Positions 1 to 8,393 of a stretch of DNA of 64,000 nt are shown here, piece after piece. Each line of letters starts with the position of its first letter. Position 1 is the stretch's first letter. The DNA is from a virus (taxonomy: Duplodnaviria; Caudoviricetes). Location of the stretch: positions 1-64,000 of the IMG/VR virus record IMGVR_UViG_3300037067_002514; one strand, given 5' to 3'. A program made the position numbers and the translations under genes. The notes beneath the pieces were generated by a model. The model searched no databases, was not told where the DNA came from, and saw only the letters and a list, made by a program, of their open reading frames with translations.

Positions 1-951
1 TATATCCTTTGAATGCACCCCTATAGGATTATATTCTTCTAGTCCAGTAACAAATACCTCTCTTATACCTGCACTACATATTTTTATAGCACATTCTTTA
101 CACGGCATAGGGCAATCACAATATAGCACTGAATTAAGTGTACTATTTCCTTTTCTAGCAGCATAGCATATAGCTGATACTTCAGCATGTAAAGCTGTAC
201 ATAGATGAATACCCTCCCCTGATTTAAAACCTTTAACTCTCCTAGGGCACTTACCCTCAATTAGATGATCTTTATAGCTAATTATACTGTCATTCCAACC
301 TATACCAATTAGCTTTGGTTTATCTTTTATATACTTTATGAGTACTGCCCCTATGTTCCTACTATTACACATTGATTTTGTGCTATAATACTTAGCTAAT
401 TTCATAAATAGCAAGTCTAGCTCTTTTCTACCCATGCTAGTATTAAGGAACTTACCATGAATAAATTGATGACAGGAATAACACAGAACCTGTAGATTAC
501 TCTTAGTATTACATTTTCTATCCCCGTTAATGTGGTGTGTTAGTAACCCTTCCTTTTTACCACAAATGGAACAACAACATTTATGTACTAGTTTATTACA
601 GTATGTTTGGCTAATTCCCCCTTTCCAATTATGATTTCCTGCACCATGCAGGTTATCCCTACATACATTCTTAAACCTACTTGCCCTTAACTTTTGGGCT
701 TTTTCAATACCATACATCTCATCATATGTCTTGCCTTTAAACCTACCCTTATTAGGGGAACCATTATTTTTTACAAATAATCTAGTTTGTTCACCAGAAG
801 TTCTTAAAGTAACTCCTAGTTTTACCAGCAACCTACCTATAGTTGTTGAACTACAATTATAATCTTTAGATATACTTATAAGTGATTCTTTATCAATGGT
901 ATATCTGCTTAATATTATTGGGAAGTCCTCTCCATTTACTGATTTTTTCAT
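1..951 (-). CDS. HNH endonuclease fused in frame to dCMP deaminase (3' end runs off the window; absent from the ORF track)
   Basis: Manual translation from ATG 951 (SD AGGAGAGG) has no stop down to base 1. The N-part has NHNWKGG and the HNH motif CSICG..HHINGDRKCNTKSNLQVLCYSCHQFIH. The C-part has the deaminase motifs LHAE and PMPCKECA. Confidence 0.9.
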   Translation of the reverse strand, partial: MKKSVNGEDFPIILSRYTIDKESLISISKDYNCSSTTIGRLLVKLGVTLRTSGEQTRLFVKNNGSPNKGRFKGKTYDEMYGIEKAQKLRASRFKNVCRDNLHGAGNHNWKGGISQTYCNKLVHKCCCSICGKKEGLLTHHINGDRKCNTKSNLQVLCYSCHQFIHGKFLNTSMGRKELDLLFMKLAKYYSTKSMCNSRNIGAVLIKYIKDKPKLIGIGWNDSIISYKDHLIEGKCPRRVKGFKSGEGIHLCTALHAEVSAICYAARKGNSTLNSVLYCDCPMPCKECAIKICSAGIREVFVTGLEEYNPIGVHSKDI

Positions 952-986
952 TCCTCTCCTTTTAATAAACCTTCAACTAAAGTATA

Positions 987-2981
987 TTATTTTACCTTCT
1001 TATAGTCATCTGGGTCAAAGAGTCCTAACTGCTGTCTGTATTCATTATCTGTTTGGTCTAAATTTTCATGGTACCATGAATCCCTTATCTTTACATCTAC
1101 TAGAACAGGTACTTTCTTAATAAATCTTTCACCCACTGAAACCATAGTCTTCTTAAGTAGTATAGCAGTCTGTACTGCTGTTTCTTCTGGTGCTTCAATT
1201 ACTAATTCATCATGGACTAGGTTTACAACTTTAAAGCCTAATTCTTTACAACGCTTATCCATTTCTACTAGGGATAGTTTTAGCATTTCTGCATCTGTAG
1301 AGATAATAGGATGGTTTGCACCTATCCTTTTTAAGTGGGCTACAGCAGAGTTATATTCCCATTCTTCTATAAATTGTTCTCTCTTTACCTCTTGAAACCA
1401 CCTTATACCATTCATTTTATTGGTAGCATATCCCCTTCCAAATGATTTCTCACCCTCTTCTTCCATATACCTGATAAGTACATTAAATGTTTCTCTATAC
1501 TTTTCAAAATGTTTCTTTGCTTCCTCAAGAGAGCACCCTATATTATCAGATAGTGTTCTAGCACCTGCACCATAAATTATTCCGAAGTTTAAAATTTTTG
1601 CAATATTTCTTAATTCTTTAGTAACTCTATCTAGTGGAACCCCAAACATGATTGAGGCAGTAGCTTTATGCAAATCAGCCTTTACATCCTTGAATATATC
1701 CATCATAGCAGGGTCACCACTATAATCACAAACAATTCTAAGATGTAACTGAGAAAAATCCCCAATCACAATCTTACTACCTTTAGGTGCAACAAAAGAT
1801 GATCTTAATAACCTACCCTCTTCACCTTTCTTTTGTATCTGTTCACAATTTGGATTGCTTGCTGAGTATCTGTAAGAATCAGTTCCTGCTTGATTAAAGT
1901 TACCATGTATTCTACCATCTGACTTAATCTTTTCTAGTAAGGATTCCCCAAAGAACTTATCTGTTTGTGTATACTTCTTATAATTAGCATAGCTTTTCAA
2001 AGCTGATAATTTAATAGGATCATTTTTATACTCTACTAGGGCAAACTTTATATTGTCACCATCAGTTATCCCTGCTCTGGATTTTTTAGAACAGGCTTCA
2101 AGATCAACACCTATCTTTTTAAAAGATTCTGTTACTTGTTGCCAACTATTTAAATTTAAAACTGGGGGTGGTTTTGGTTCAGCATTATTCTTGTATGGGG
2201 TACCATCTTTCTTCAACCTTATTGGTTTTGGTGGTGGTGGTTCAGGGTCTGGAAGAATAGACCTTAATTCATTATTATACTTAAATATCTTCTTCTTTAG
2301 CTCAACTAGAACAGTCTTCCACTTCTCCTTATCAAGATATAAGCCATTCAACTCTATCCTAGCAGTAGGTAAGGCAACATTAAATTCAAGATCAACCACC
2401 TTACCTAGATTATACTGGGTGATTTTCATCTTTTGCTTATATACTATTTTAGGAAGTACTAATACATCTTCTGCCGCATACTTTATCTGCTCAGGGGTAA
2501 ATGGTGTATCATCTGGCATTCCAATGAATGTTTTAGTTACTTCCTTATTGAGGGAATAATTACAGTATTTATGAGCTAATGTTTCTAAGTCTTTACCGTC
2601 TTTCCTTAGACCATTAATAATACAATATTCTGCAAGAAGGGTATCAAATATATTATGTATCTCAATATTGAATAGTTTTAGGAATACCCTAATTTCCATA
2701 TTACTATTCTGATCATACTTAGTTATGCTACCATCCTCTAGTATTTCCCTGAAAGGGGTAACATCTACCTTCCTACAATCTATTACGTAAGCTTTACCAC
2801 CAGTTTCTATTTGGAATAAGAGTAACTTAAAACTAGGGTCAAATACATCAAGACCAGTAGTTTCAACGTCTATACTACATAATCCATTCTGTTTTACCCC
2901 AGAAATAATTTGAGGAAGGGAAGAACCTTCCTCAATAAACTCATATTCCCCTAGAACAGTCCTAAGTAACTCCAAACTCAA
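987..2981 (-). CDS. polA: Family A DNA polymerase (3'-5' exonuclease + polymerase, no 5' nuclease)
   Basis: ExoI SIDVETTG, ExoIII YAAED, HGNFNQAGTDSYRYSASNPN, motif A DFSQLHLR, motif B RNIAKILNFGIIYG, motif C VHDEL. Confidence 0.95.
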   Translation of the reverse strand: MSLELLRTVLGEYEFIEEGSSLPQIISGVKQNGLCSIDVETTGLDVFDPSFKLLLFQIETGGKAYVIDCRKVDVTPFREILEDGSITKYDQNSNMEIRVFLKLFNIEIHNIFDTLLAEYCIINGLRKDGKDLETLAHKYCNYSLNKEVTKTFIGMPDDTPFTPEQIKYAAEDVLVLPKIVYKQKMKITQYNLGKVVDLEFNVALPTARIELNGLYLDKEKWKTVLVELKKKIFKYNNELRSILPDPEPPPPKPIRLKKDGTPYKNNAEPKPPPVLNLNSWQQVTESFKKIGVDLEACSKKSRAGITDGDNIKFALVEYKNDPIKLSALKSYANYKKYTQTDKFFGESLLEKIKSDGRIHGNFNQAGTDSYRYSASNPNCEQIQKKGEEGRLLRSSFVAPKGSKIVIGDFSQLHLRIVCDYSGDPAMMDIFKDVKADLHKATASIMFGVPLDRVTKELRNIAKILNFGIIYGAGARTLSDNIGCSLEEAKKHFEKYRETFNVLIRYMEEEGEKSFGRGYATNKMNGIRWFQEVKREQFIEEWEYNSAVAHLKRIGANHPIISTDAEMLKLSLVEMDKRCKELGFKVVNLVHDELVIEAPEETAVQTAILLKKTMVSVGERFIKKVPVLVDVKIRDSWYHENLDQTDNEYRQQLGLFDPDDYKKVK

Positions 2982-2996
2982 TACCCCTTACTTGTA

Positions 2997-3464
2997 CTAT
3001 GTTACAATTGTACCACTATTTATGGTTATTGTCAATGGCTCAAGGTTTTCCTTGAGAATGTTCCTATACCTATCCTGTACTTTTCTAGCATCTTCTACAG
3101 TATAAACCATATCATCTAATTCTTTGGGTAACTCACCATTCTCTATTCTTCTCTTTGTTTCCATAAAGCAACACATGTTCCATATCACAGCAGCCTCATG
3201 GTCTTCATCATCTAATCCCTCTATTACAGCCCACAAGTGTCTTTGACAGCTATTAATATATTCACTAAGAGGTTGACCTAGCACCCAATTAAATTTTCCA
3301 TATTTTTCTGCCCCATTCTCAAAATGCTTTGCAAGTCTTCTTAGGGGATATGGTGGAATTAGTACTGGTAATCCTTTACCAGTAGACCTGTCCCTTCTAG
3401 AACCAGTATCAAACTCTCTTCTACTACCTGAATCCTTTACGCTATTAAATTCCTTTCCCATCAT
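2997..3464 (-). CDS. DUF5664-type dATP/dGTP diphosphohydrolase domain protein
   Basis: RRD...GKG..LIP...LAKHFENGAEKYGKFNW..G...Y...RHL....D.EDHEAAVIWN pattern typical of this phage family. Confidence 0.8.
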   Translation of the reverse strand: MMGKEFNSVKDSGSRREFDTGSRRDRSTGKGLPVLIPPYPLRRLAKHFENGAEKYGKFNWVLGQPLSEYINSCQRHLWAVIEGLDDEDHEAAVIWNMCCFMETKRRIENGELPKELDDMVYTVEDARKVQDRYRNILKENLEPLTITINSGTIVT

Positions 3465-3786
3465 TAACTCCTTCTACTAGATTAGGCATCAATACTGTTG
3501 TTAATTCCAATATTGGGTGAGTCCCTTTCTTTATCATAATGTATATTTCCTGTACACCCCTTACCAATTCATCTAGATAGAATATCCTAGTATTAGTAAA
3601 CTCACCTGAACCTATAATATTAAATAATCCAGTGATATTTATAAAGGATATACTCCCCTCTTTTTCAAAATCTATAAGGCATACAGAATGGTCTTGATTA
3701 ATAATGATATCTAATGTTTCATATGGTACTTCCTCACCATCTTTTGTCACAACAACATTATTACTCTTTCCTTCTATTTTGTACAC
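3445..3786 (-). CDS. Hypothetical protein
   Basis: 113-aa ORF, GTG start with GGAGG SD, overlaps both neighbours; no motif recognised. Confidence 0.7.
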   Translation of the reverse strand: MYKIEGKSNNVVVTKDGEEVPYETLDIIINQDHSVCLIDFEKEGSISFINITGLFNIIGSGEFTNTRIFYLDELVRGVQEIYIMIKKGTHPILELTTVLMPNLVEGVNDGKGI

Positions 3787-5786
3787 TTTAAATCCTCCCT
3801 ATTATACACTGGTGTATCAAATATGTATTCTCTACAAAGGTTAAAATCAGATACCCCCTTATTCTGTACAACGGTAATATACCCATTATTTTGAGGTTTA
3901 GCATATGTCTTATCTACCGCATATGAAGGTATCTTACAAACACAACCCCCTTCCATAATTTTAGCTTTAAATCCTCTGTAGGTACTTCCTAGCATGTGGG
4001 TATTTCCTACTATAGCAACCTTCCCATTTCTTCTAGTAACTATTGTTCCGTTATCTACATTAACACACCAAACCATACCACTATAAGGAACAGTTCTCTT
4101 TGACCCCCTATGAGAATCTATGTACACATCCTTGATACTACACCAAGATACACAGTAATTATCTTTGCTACTTATTTGTGATTTACCCCTATTTGACACT
4201 GTAGCTCTAATATTATGTTTTATGCACAACTCTTGTAGGTGATCAGCAATAGACTTACTACTAGTAAAATATTGCCCTCCTTTACCATTATAATGACCAT
4301 CCCCAAACATCATACCTTCAAGGAGTAATTTAAACTGCCTGTCGGATATACTCATCAGTTCTTTAGGGATATCTTTAACACCCTTCATTATACTGTGAAA
4401 CTCTTTAATTCCAGATGCTTTTATGTAGTACACATTCTCATCATCCCTAGATTCATACCCTGCTACTTCTCTACCTTTCATTTTCTTAGTATACAAAGTA
4501 TACTCTAGTTTAAGAGAAGTTAATAAATCCTCTATATACTTACAATTATTCTTACTTTGGTATATTCTTATTCCACTACTATCACCGTTGGTAAATCCCC
4601 CCTCAGCAATGAATAATCCAATAAACCTTATAAAATTATCTGAGTATGGAACATCTTTTCCTTCAAAATCACCAGCTATACTAATAGTTCCACTAGTAAA
4701 TTTTGATGCAGTTGTCTCTAAATATTTCCCATCTTTTCTAGAGTATATCATCCTATGTTCTGGTGTCACTAATATATCTAATCTAGACCTATTGGTTCCC
4801 CCAAACTGTATCATTTCTGTATAATCACTATACTTGAATATTTTATTTACTTTATTATACTCTAGCTTATCTTTATTAGTGTTTAGAGTGAGAACTCTAG
4901 ATTCATCAGATATATCCTTATACCCTTTCCATCCTTCTTCTGTAAGTACCTCTGTATCTTCTGACAAACAATGACTTTGAACACATAATCTAAAATCCTG
5001 TAGGTTAAGTGATTCCTTCCACTCGTTAAGAAAGTTATATACACCTACACCTGCTTTTAGGTCTACTGCTGAAAACTTCTCTGCATGTACGAATACAGCA
5101 TCATTAATCTGTACATAAGGTTGTTCTACTACAATTACATTCTTGAAGGGTTTAGATAATACTTTAAGGATATTATTTTCTACTAGGAAGAGTAAAGATG
5201 GGTTAGTATTCTTATAAAATTCCCTTCCTACCCTAGCTTCATGATTACCTAGCATAACAATGGTGCATGGAAATGTTTCACTTAGGTATTCCAAGTATCT
5301 TACTGTATTATCTATTTCTACTTCTAGTGGAATACTCATTTCTTTGTTAAATCTAGACACAGAATAACAATCCATTAGTTCAGTAGTAACTACCATATCA
5401 GCATTAAGGTTTCTATTTATAGCTTCTTGAATTTGAGAGTCTACCTGAAAAGGTATATGTAAATCACCTATATAGAGTATTCTCAGCTTTTCTTTTTTAT
5501 CCCCTAGGAATACCCCATTATCTAGGGTAAATGTTTTAGGTATTACTACACTTTCATCTTCGTATATATCCCTATACTTATTATAATAGGGCATAGGGTC
5601 TGTTACTGGTTTATCCTCATATGATCTAATGTCTAAGTCTCTTATTTTGTTATGTACTGCATCCCTTGTTACATTAATTCCCCACTCTAAAGTAAGGGCA
5701 TCAGCTATTTCTCTTTCTGAAAATCCCTCTTCATGTGACACTAATTCTACAAGCCTTCTTTTTCTAAATGTATTCCACTCTATCAA
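3774..5786 (-). CDS. Calcineurin-like metallophosphoesterase with N-terminal HTH-like segment, intein-containing
   Basis: Motifs GDLHIP, ELMDCY, GNHE, HAE and QSH|THMLG (split by the intein). The likely start is TTG 5786 after SD AGGAG; the ORF track start is 5828. Confidence 0.85.
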   Translation of the reverse strand: MIEWNTFRKRRLVELVSHEEGFSEREIADALTLEWGINVTRDAVHNKIRDLDIRSYEDKPVTDPMPYYNKYRDIYEDESVVIPKTFTLDNGVFLGDKKEKLRILYIGDLHIPFQVDSQIQEAINRNLNADMVVTTELMDCYSVSRFNKEMSIPLEVEIDNTVRYLEYLSETFPCTIVMLGNHEARVGREFYKNTNPSLLFLVENNILKVLSKPFKNVIVVEQPYVQINDAVFVHAEKFSAVDLKAGVGVYNFLNEWKESLNLQDFRLCVQSHCLSEDTEVLTEEGWKGYKDISDESRVLTLNTNKDKLEYNKVNKIFKYSDYTEMIQFGGTNRSRLDILVTPEHRMIYSRKDGKYLETTASKFTSGTISIAGDFEGKDVPYSDNFIRFIGLFIAEGGFTNGDSSGIRIYQSKNNCKYIEDLLTSLKLEYTLYTKKMKGREVAGYESRDDENVYYIKASGIKEFHSIMKGVKDIPKELMSISDRQFKLLLEGMMFGDGHYNGKGGQYFTSSKSIADHLQELCIKHNIRATVSNRGKSQISSKDNYCVSWCSIKDVYIDSHRGSKRTVPYSGMVWCVNVDNGTIVTRRNGKVAIVGNTHMLGSTYRGFKAKIMEGGCVCKIPSYAVDKTYAKPQNNGYITVVQNKGVSDFNLCREYIFDTPVYNREDLKCTK
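4002..4970 (-). mobile_element. Intein 1 (323 aa) with LAGLIDADG endonuclease, in the phosphoesterase
   Basis: Begins CLSEDTEVLT, block B VTPEHRM, endonuclease blocks GLFIAEG and GMMFGDG, ends RRNGKVAIVGN, +1 residue Thr. Confidence 0.92.
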
Positions 5787-5787
5787 T

Positions 5788-5946
5788 TTATCTCCTTTCA
5801 TTTGCTGGACAGACTTTCCAAACTTCATAATTTTGTTCCATACACATTTTATTTAGTTGTTGGGTACACTTATGATCTGCTCTAAAACAATTTAAAGCTT
5901 CCCTTTTATCCGTGTTAGGTTCTTCTTGTTCAGTTACTCTCAGCAT
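5788..5946 (-). CDS. Small Cys/His-containing hypothetical protein (52 aa; not in the ORF track)
   Basis: MLRVTEQEEPNTDKREALNCFRADHKCTQQLNKMCMEQNYEVWKVCPANERR; SD AGGAG; fills the gap between two genes. Confidence 0.5.
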   Translation of the reverse strand: MLRVTEQEEPNTDKREALNCFRADHKCTQQLNKMCMEQNYEVWKVCPANERR

Positions 5947-6334
5947 ACTCTCCTAAATCAACACATGGTTTATACTTTACTATACCAGTGTCTTTTAACT
6001 CTTTCATCATCTTATTAACAATATGATCGTTAGTAGTATGTATAATACATAAGTTATACTTTATTTGACTATCTTTTATAAACTTAGCCACATCATATCC
6101 TGTACCATCACTATTAGATATAAACCTGCTACCATCTAGATCATGGTCTAACATTATTATATTCCATACCTCTTCTTTCTTTAATTCCTCTATTGCTCTC
6201 TCAGCAGTAGATACTATGACTATCTTATCACAATACGGAAAAGATAAGCTTACCATTATTTTAATTAAGTATGTATACCTAGCAGGATTATCATCTAGAA
6301 TAAGGGAACACCTAGCTTTATACTTTACTTCCAT
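5930..6334 (-). CDS. Cyclic-phosphate-processing receiver-like domain protein
   Basis: IMLDHDLDG...GTGYDVAKFI...IIHTTN matches the DHDL/TGYD/HS(T)xN pattern of these stand-alone receiver-fold proteins. Confidence 0.7.
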   Translation of the reverse strand: MEVKYKARCSLILDDNPARYTYLIKIMVSLSFPYCDKIVIVSTAERAIEELKKEEVWNIIMLDHDLDGSRFISNSDGTGYDVAKFIKDSQIKYNLCIIHTTNDHIVNKMMKELKDTGIVKYKPCVDLGEYAESN

Positions 6335-6936
6335 TATAAATCACCAAACAGAAGACCCAACTTACTTTTAAACTCAAAAAGAAGGGGTTTCATAAGAGCT
6401 ATCATTTGAGGGTGAGCACCTTTGGCTGTCCTTAACTTGAGAATATGTCTCCATTCTCTTATATTAGCAGTAACTATAATCTCAGTTTTAAGGTCATTGG
6501 GAAGAACTCCTCTTGCTTCTTGAGGGGTAGCACCTAATTCCAATAGTCTATTATATGTTTTTTCACATTCCACTATTGCATTATACCATAAGGAATACTC
6601 CTCTGTCAAAGGGACAAATAAAGGTTGTATTACTACCATACCTTTGTTCTTATAGTTTACATACCTAGTGCTTTCTTGGGTAAAGCTACAAAGTCTGTGT
6701 CTTACAATTTCATGGGAAATAGCTCTATTCGTAATGAATCTTACTGAGATATTAAAGTGTTCTAGTACACTATGATGACCATTACTTATTATTTTATTAA
6801 TGAACTCAGTATATGAGTCTTTTGTAATCCTACCTTCTGATTTATAGGATACTCTTCCACACCCTTCAATAAGCTTACAAATATCCCCCTCATTTATTGG
6901 GGTTAATATTTCATAACTTTGATTTACTATTTGCAC
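6334..6936 (-). CDS. thyX: FAD-dependent thymidylate synthase ThyX
   Basis: GHHSVLEH, SHEIVRHRLCSFTQESTRY (RHRx7S motif), ARGVLP, NIREW..ILKLR, AHPQM. Confidence 0.96.
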   Translation of the reverse strand: MQIVNQSYEILTPINEGDICKLIEGCGRVSYKSEGRITKDSYTEFINKIISNGHHSVLEHFNISVRFITNRAISHEIVRHRLCSFTQESTRYVNYKNKGMVVIQPLFVPLTEEYSLWYNAIVECEKTYNRLLELGATPQEARGVLPNDLKTEIIVTANIREWRHILKLRTAKGAHPQMIALMKPLLFEFKSKLGLLFGDL

Positions 6937-8392
6937 GTTTTAACTCCTTTAATTCCTTTTTAGTTTCCTCTAATTCCTTATAGATATCTGTAGCACTCTT
7001 TAGTACTTTTTCCATTACATCATGTGGGATTATAATAAAGTTACTTAAACCATCCTTACTAGATGTATATTTAATCTTCATAGACCAGAAAGGAAGAAAA
7101 TTAAATTGTTTAGCTTGTTTAAAGTGTTTGTCAAAAATCTCCCTTCTTATTAGTATAGACTTTGTATCCTTTAAGGGTTTATCTAGCTTTTTACCACACT
7201 CATGACACATTTTTCCATCACCACCCCCCTTGTAACCATGCTTTGCCTCACCAACCATTTTTTTATCCATCCACGGAAAATCCCATATGCAGTCACCACA
7301 TAAGTTACTTATTCCTAGACTAGTCCCTAAAGCCCCACTATTTCCTGTCCAATGTACTTTACCATTCCTTAAACATAATATGATATGATTATCAATATTA
7401 ACACACCATATTCTACCAGTATACCTCACTTTAATTGGTTTATTCCTATACCCTATAGCATATGCTTCTTTTTTACACCTTTGAGATATATAATAAATAC
7501 CACTTTTTCTTCTAGTTATGGATAAATTATACCCTTGTTTAAAACAAATATCAAAATAATCATAAGCTAGTCTCTCAGATTTGGTATAATACCTGCTTTC
7601 TTTTTTTCCACCATCACCTAAGTACATAGAATCTGATAATAATTTAAGGGTATTAGAATTCAGGTCTTTTAAATTTTTAGGAATATATTTATTTACAGCC
7701 CCACAATTTTTAGAATCCATAAAGTAATGATTTAATTGAAAATCATTTATCATTATTCCACTTTTTGTCTTATATACTTTAAAACCACAATTAAAAGCGT
7801 TAGTGTAGTATATATCTTTTACTAAAGGGTCTATCTTAGCTATTTGTACTTTATCCCTACCTGAAAGGCTCCCATCAGCTAAGTAATTACCCAAAAATTT
7901 TACCCAATAATCCATATTTATCTTCCTACTAGGATACTCTTTAACCTTAATACCCTGCCTAATTACCCTTGGAATCTCAAAATACTCAGTACTTAAACCC
8001 TCCCAACCATTAATTGATTGTTTAATATAAAAATTATCAAGACTCTTTTCTTTATACAACTTATTAGCTTCAATAAATTCAAATTTATGCTTATTTTTAC
8101 TCACATAAAGTAAATGATTATCGTTTACCAATGAAGTAAAATACTTATTCTTAAACTCTATTAATTCACCATCAAAAGGATACTGGTATATATCATTTAT
8201 TCCCTGATAAATTAAACATCCATTAATATCCAAGGTAGCTACTTTGTCTTTATAAGATAATTCATCAATACCTTTAAACCCATCATTAGTAAGTATTTTA
8301 GTATCTTCACTAATACACATAGGAACCCTTTTTCCGTATTCACCAGCTAATGCAGCAGTATCACGCTCAAATGGAGAACCTAGGTTAGCCAT
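6911..8392 (-). CDS. Hjc-like (PD-(D/E)XK) Holliday junction resolvase, intein-containing
   Basis: Spliced product G.PFER...RVPM|SGA...GD...GEAK matches archaeal-type Hjc motifs. ATG 8392 directly follows the dnaB stop. Confidence 0.75.
   Translation of the reverse strand: MANLGSPFERDTAALAGEYGKRVPMCISEDTKILTNDGFKGIDELSYKDKVATLDINGCLIYQGINDIYQYPFDGELIEFKNKYFTSLVNDNHLLYVSKNKHKFEFIEANKLYKEKSLDNFYIKQSINGWEGLSTEYFEIPRVIRQGIKVKEYPSRKINMDYWVKFLGNYLADGSLSGRDKVQIAKIDPLVKDIYYTNAFNCGFKVYKTKSGIMINDFQLNHYFMDSKNCGAVNKYIPKNLKDLNSNTLKLLSDSMYLGDGGKKESRYYTKSERLAYDYFDICFKQGYNLSITRRKSGIYYISQRCKKEAYAIGYRNKPIKVRYTGRIWCVNIDNHIILCLRNGKVHWTGNSGALGTSLGISNLCGDCIWDFPWMDKKMVGEAKHGYKGGGDGKMCHECGKKLDKPLKDTKSILIRREIFDKHFKQAKQFNFLPFWSMKIKYTSSKDGLSNFIIIPHDVMEKVLKSATDIYKELEETKKELKELKRANSKSKL
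7340..8317 (-). mobile_element. Intein 2 (326 aa) with LAGLIDADG endonuclease, in the resolvase
   Basis: Begins CISEDTKILT, GNYLADG and SMYLGDG blocks, ends LRNGKVHWTGN, +1 Ser. Confidence 0.92.
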
Positions 8393-8393
8393 A

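Noticed and set aside
987-3464. Calling this a Z-genome (2-aminoadenine) phage
   Set aside because: No purZ is in the window, and DUF5664 plus PolA alone is insufficient.
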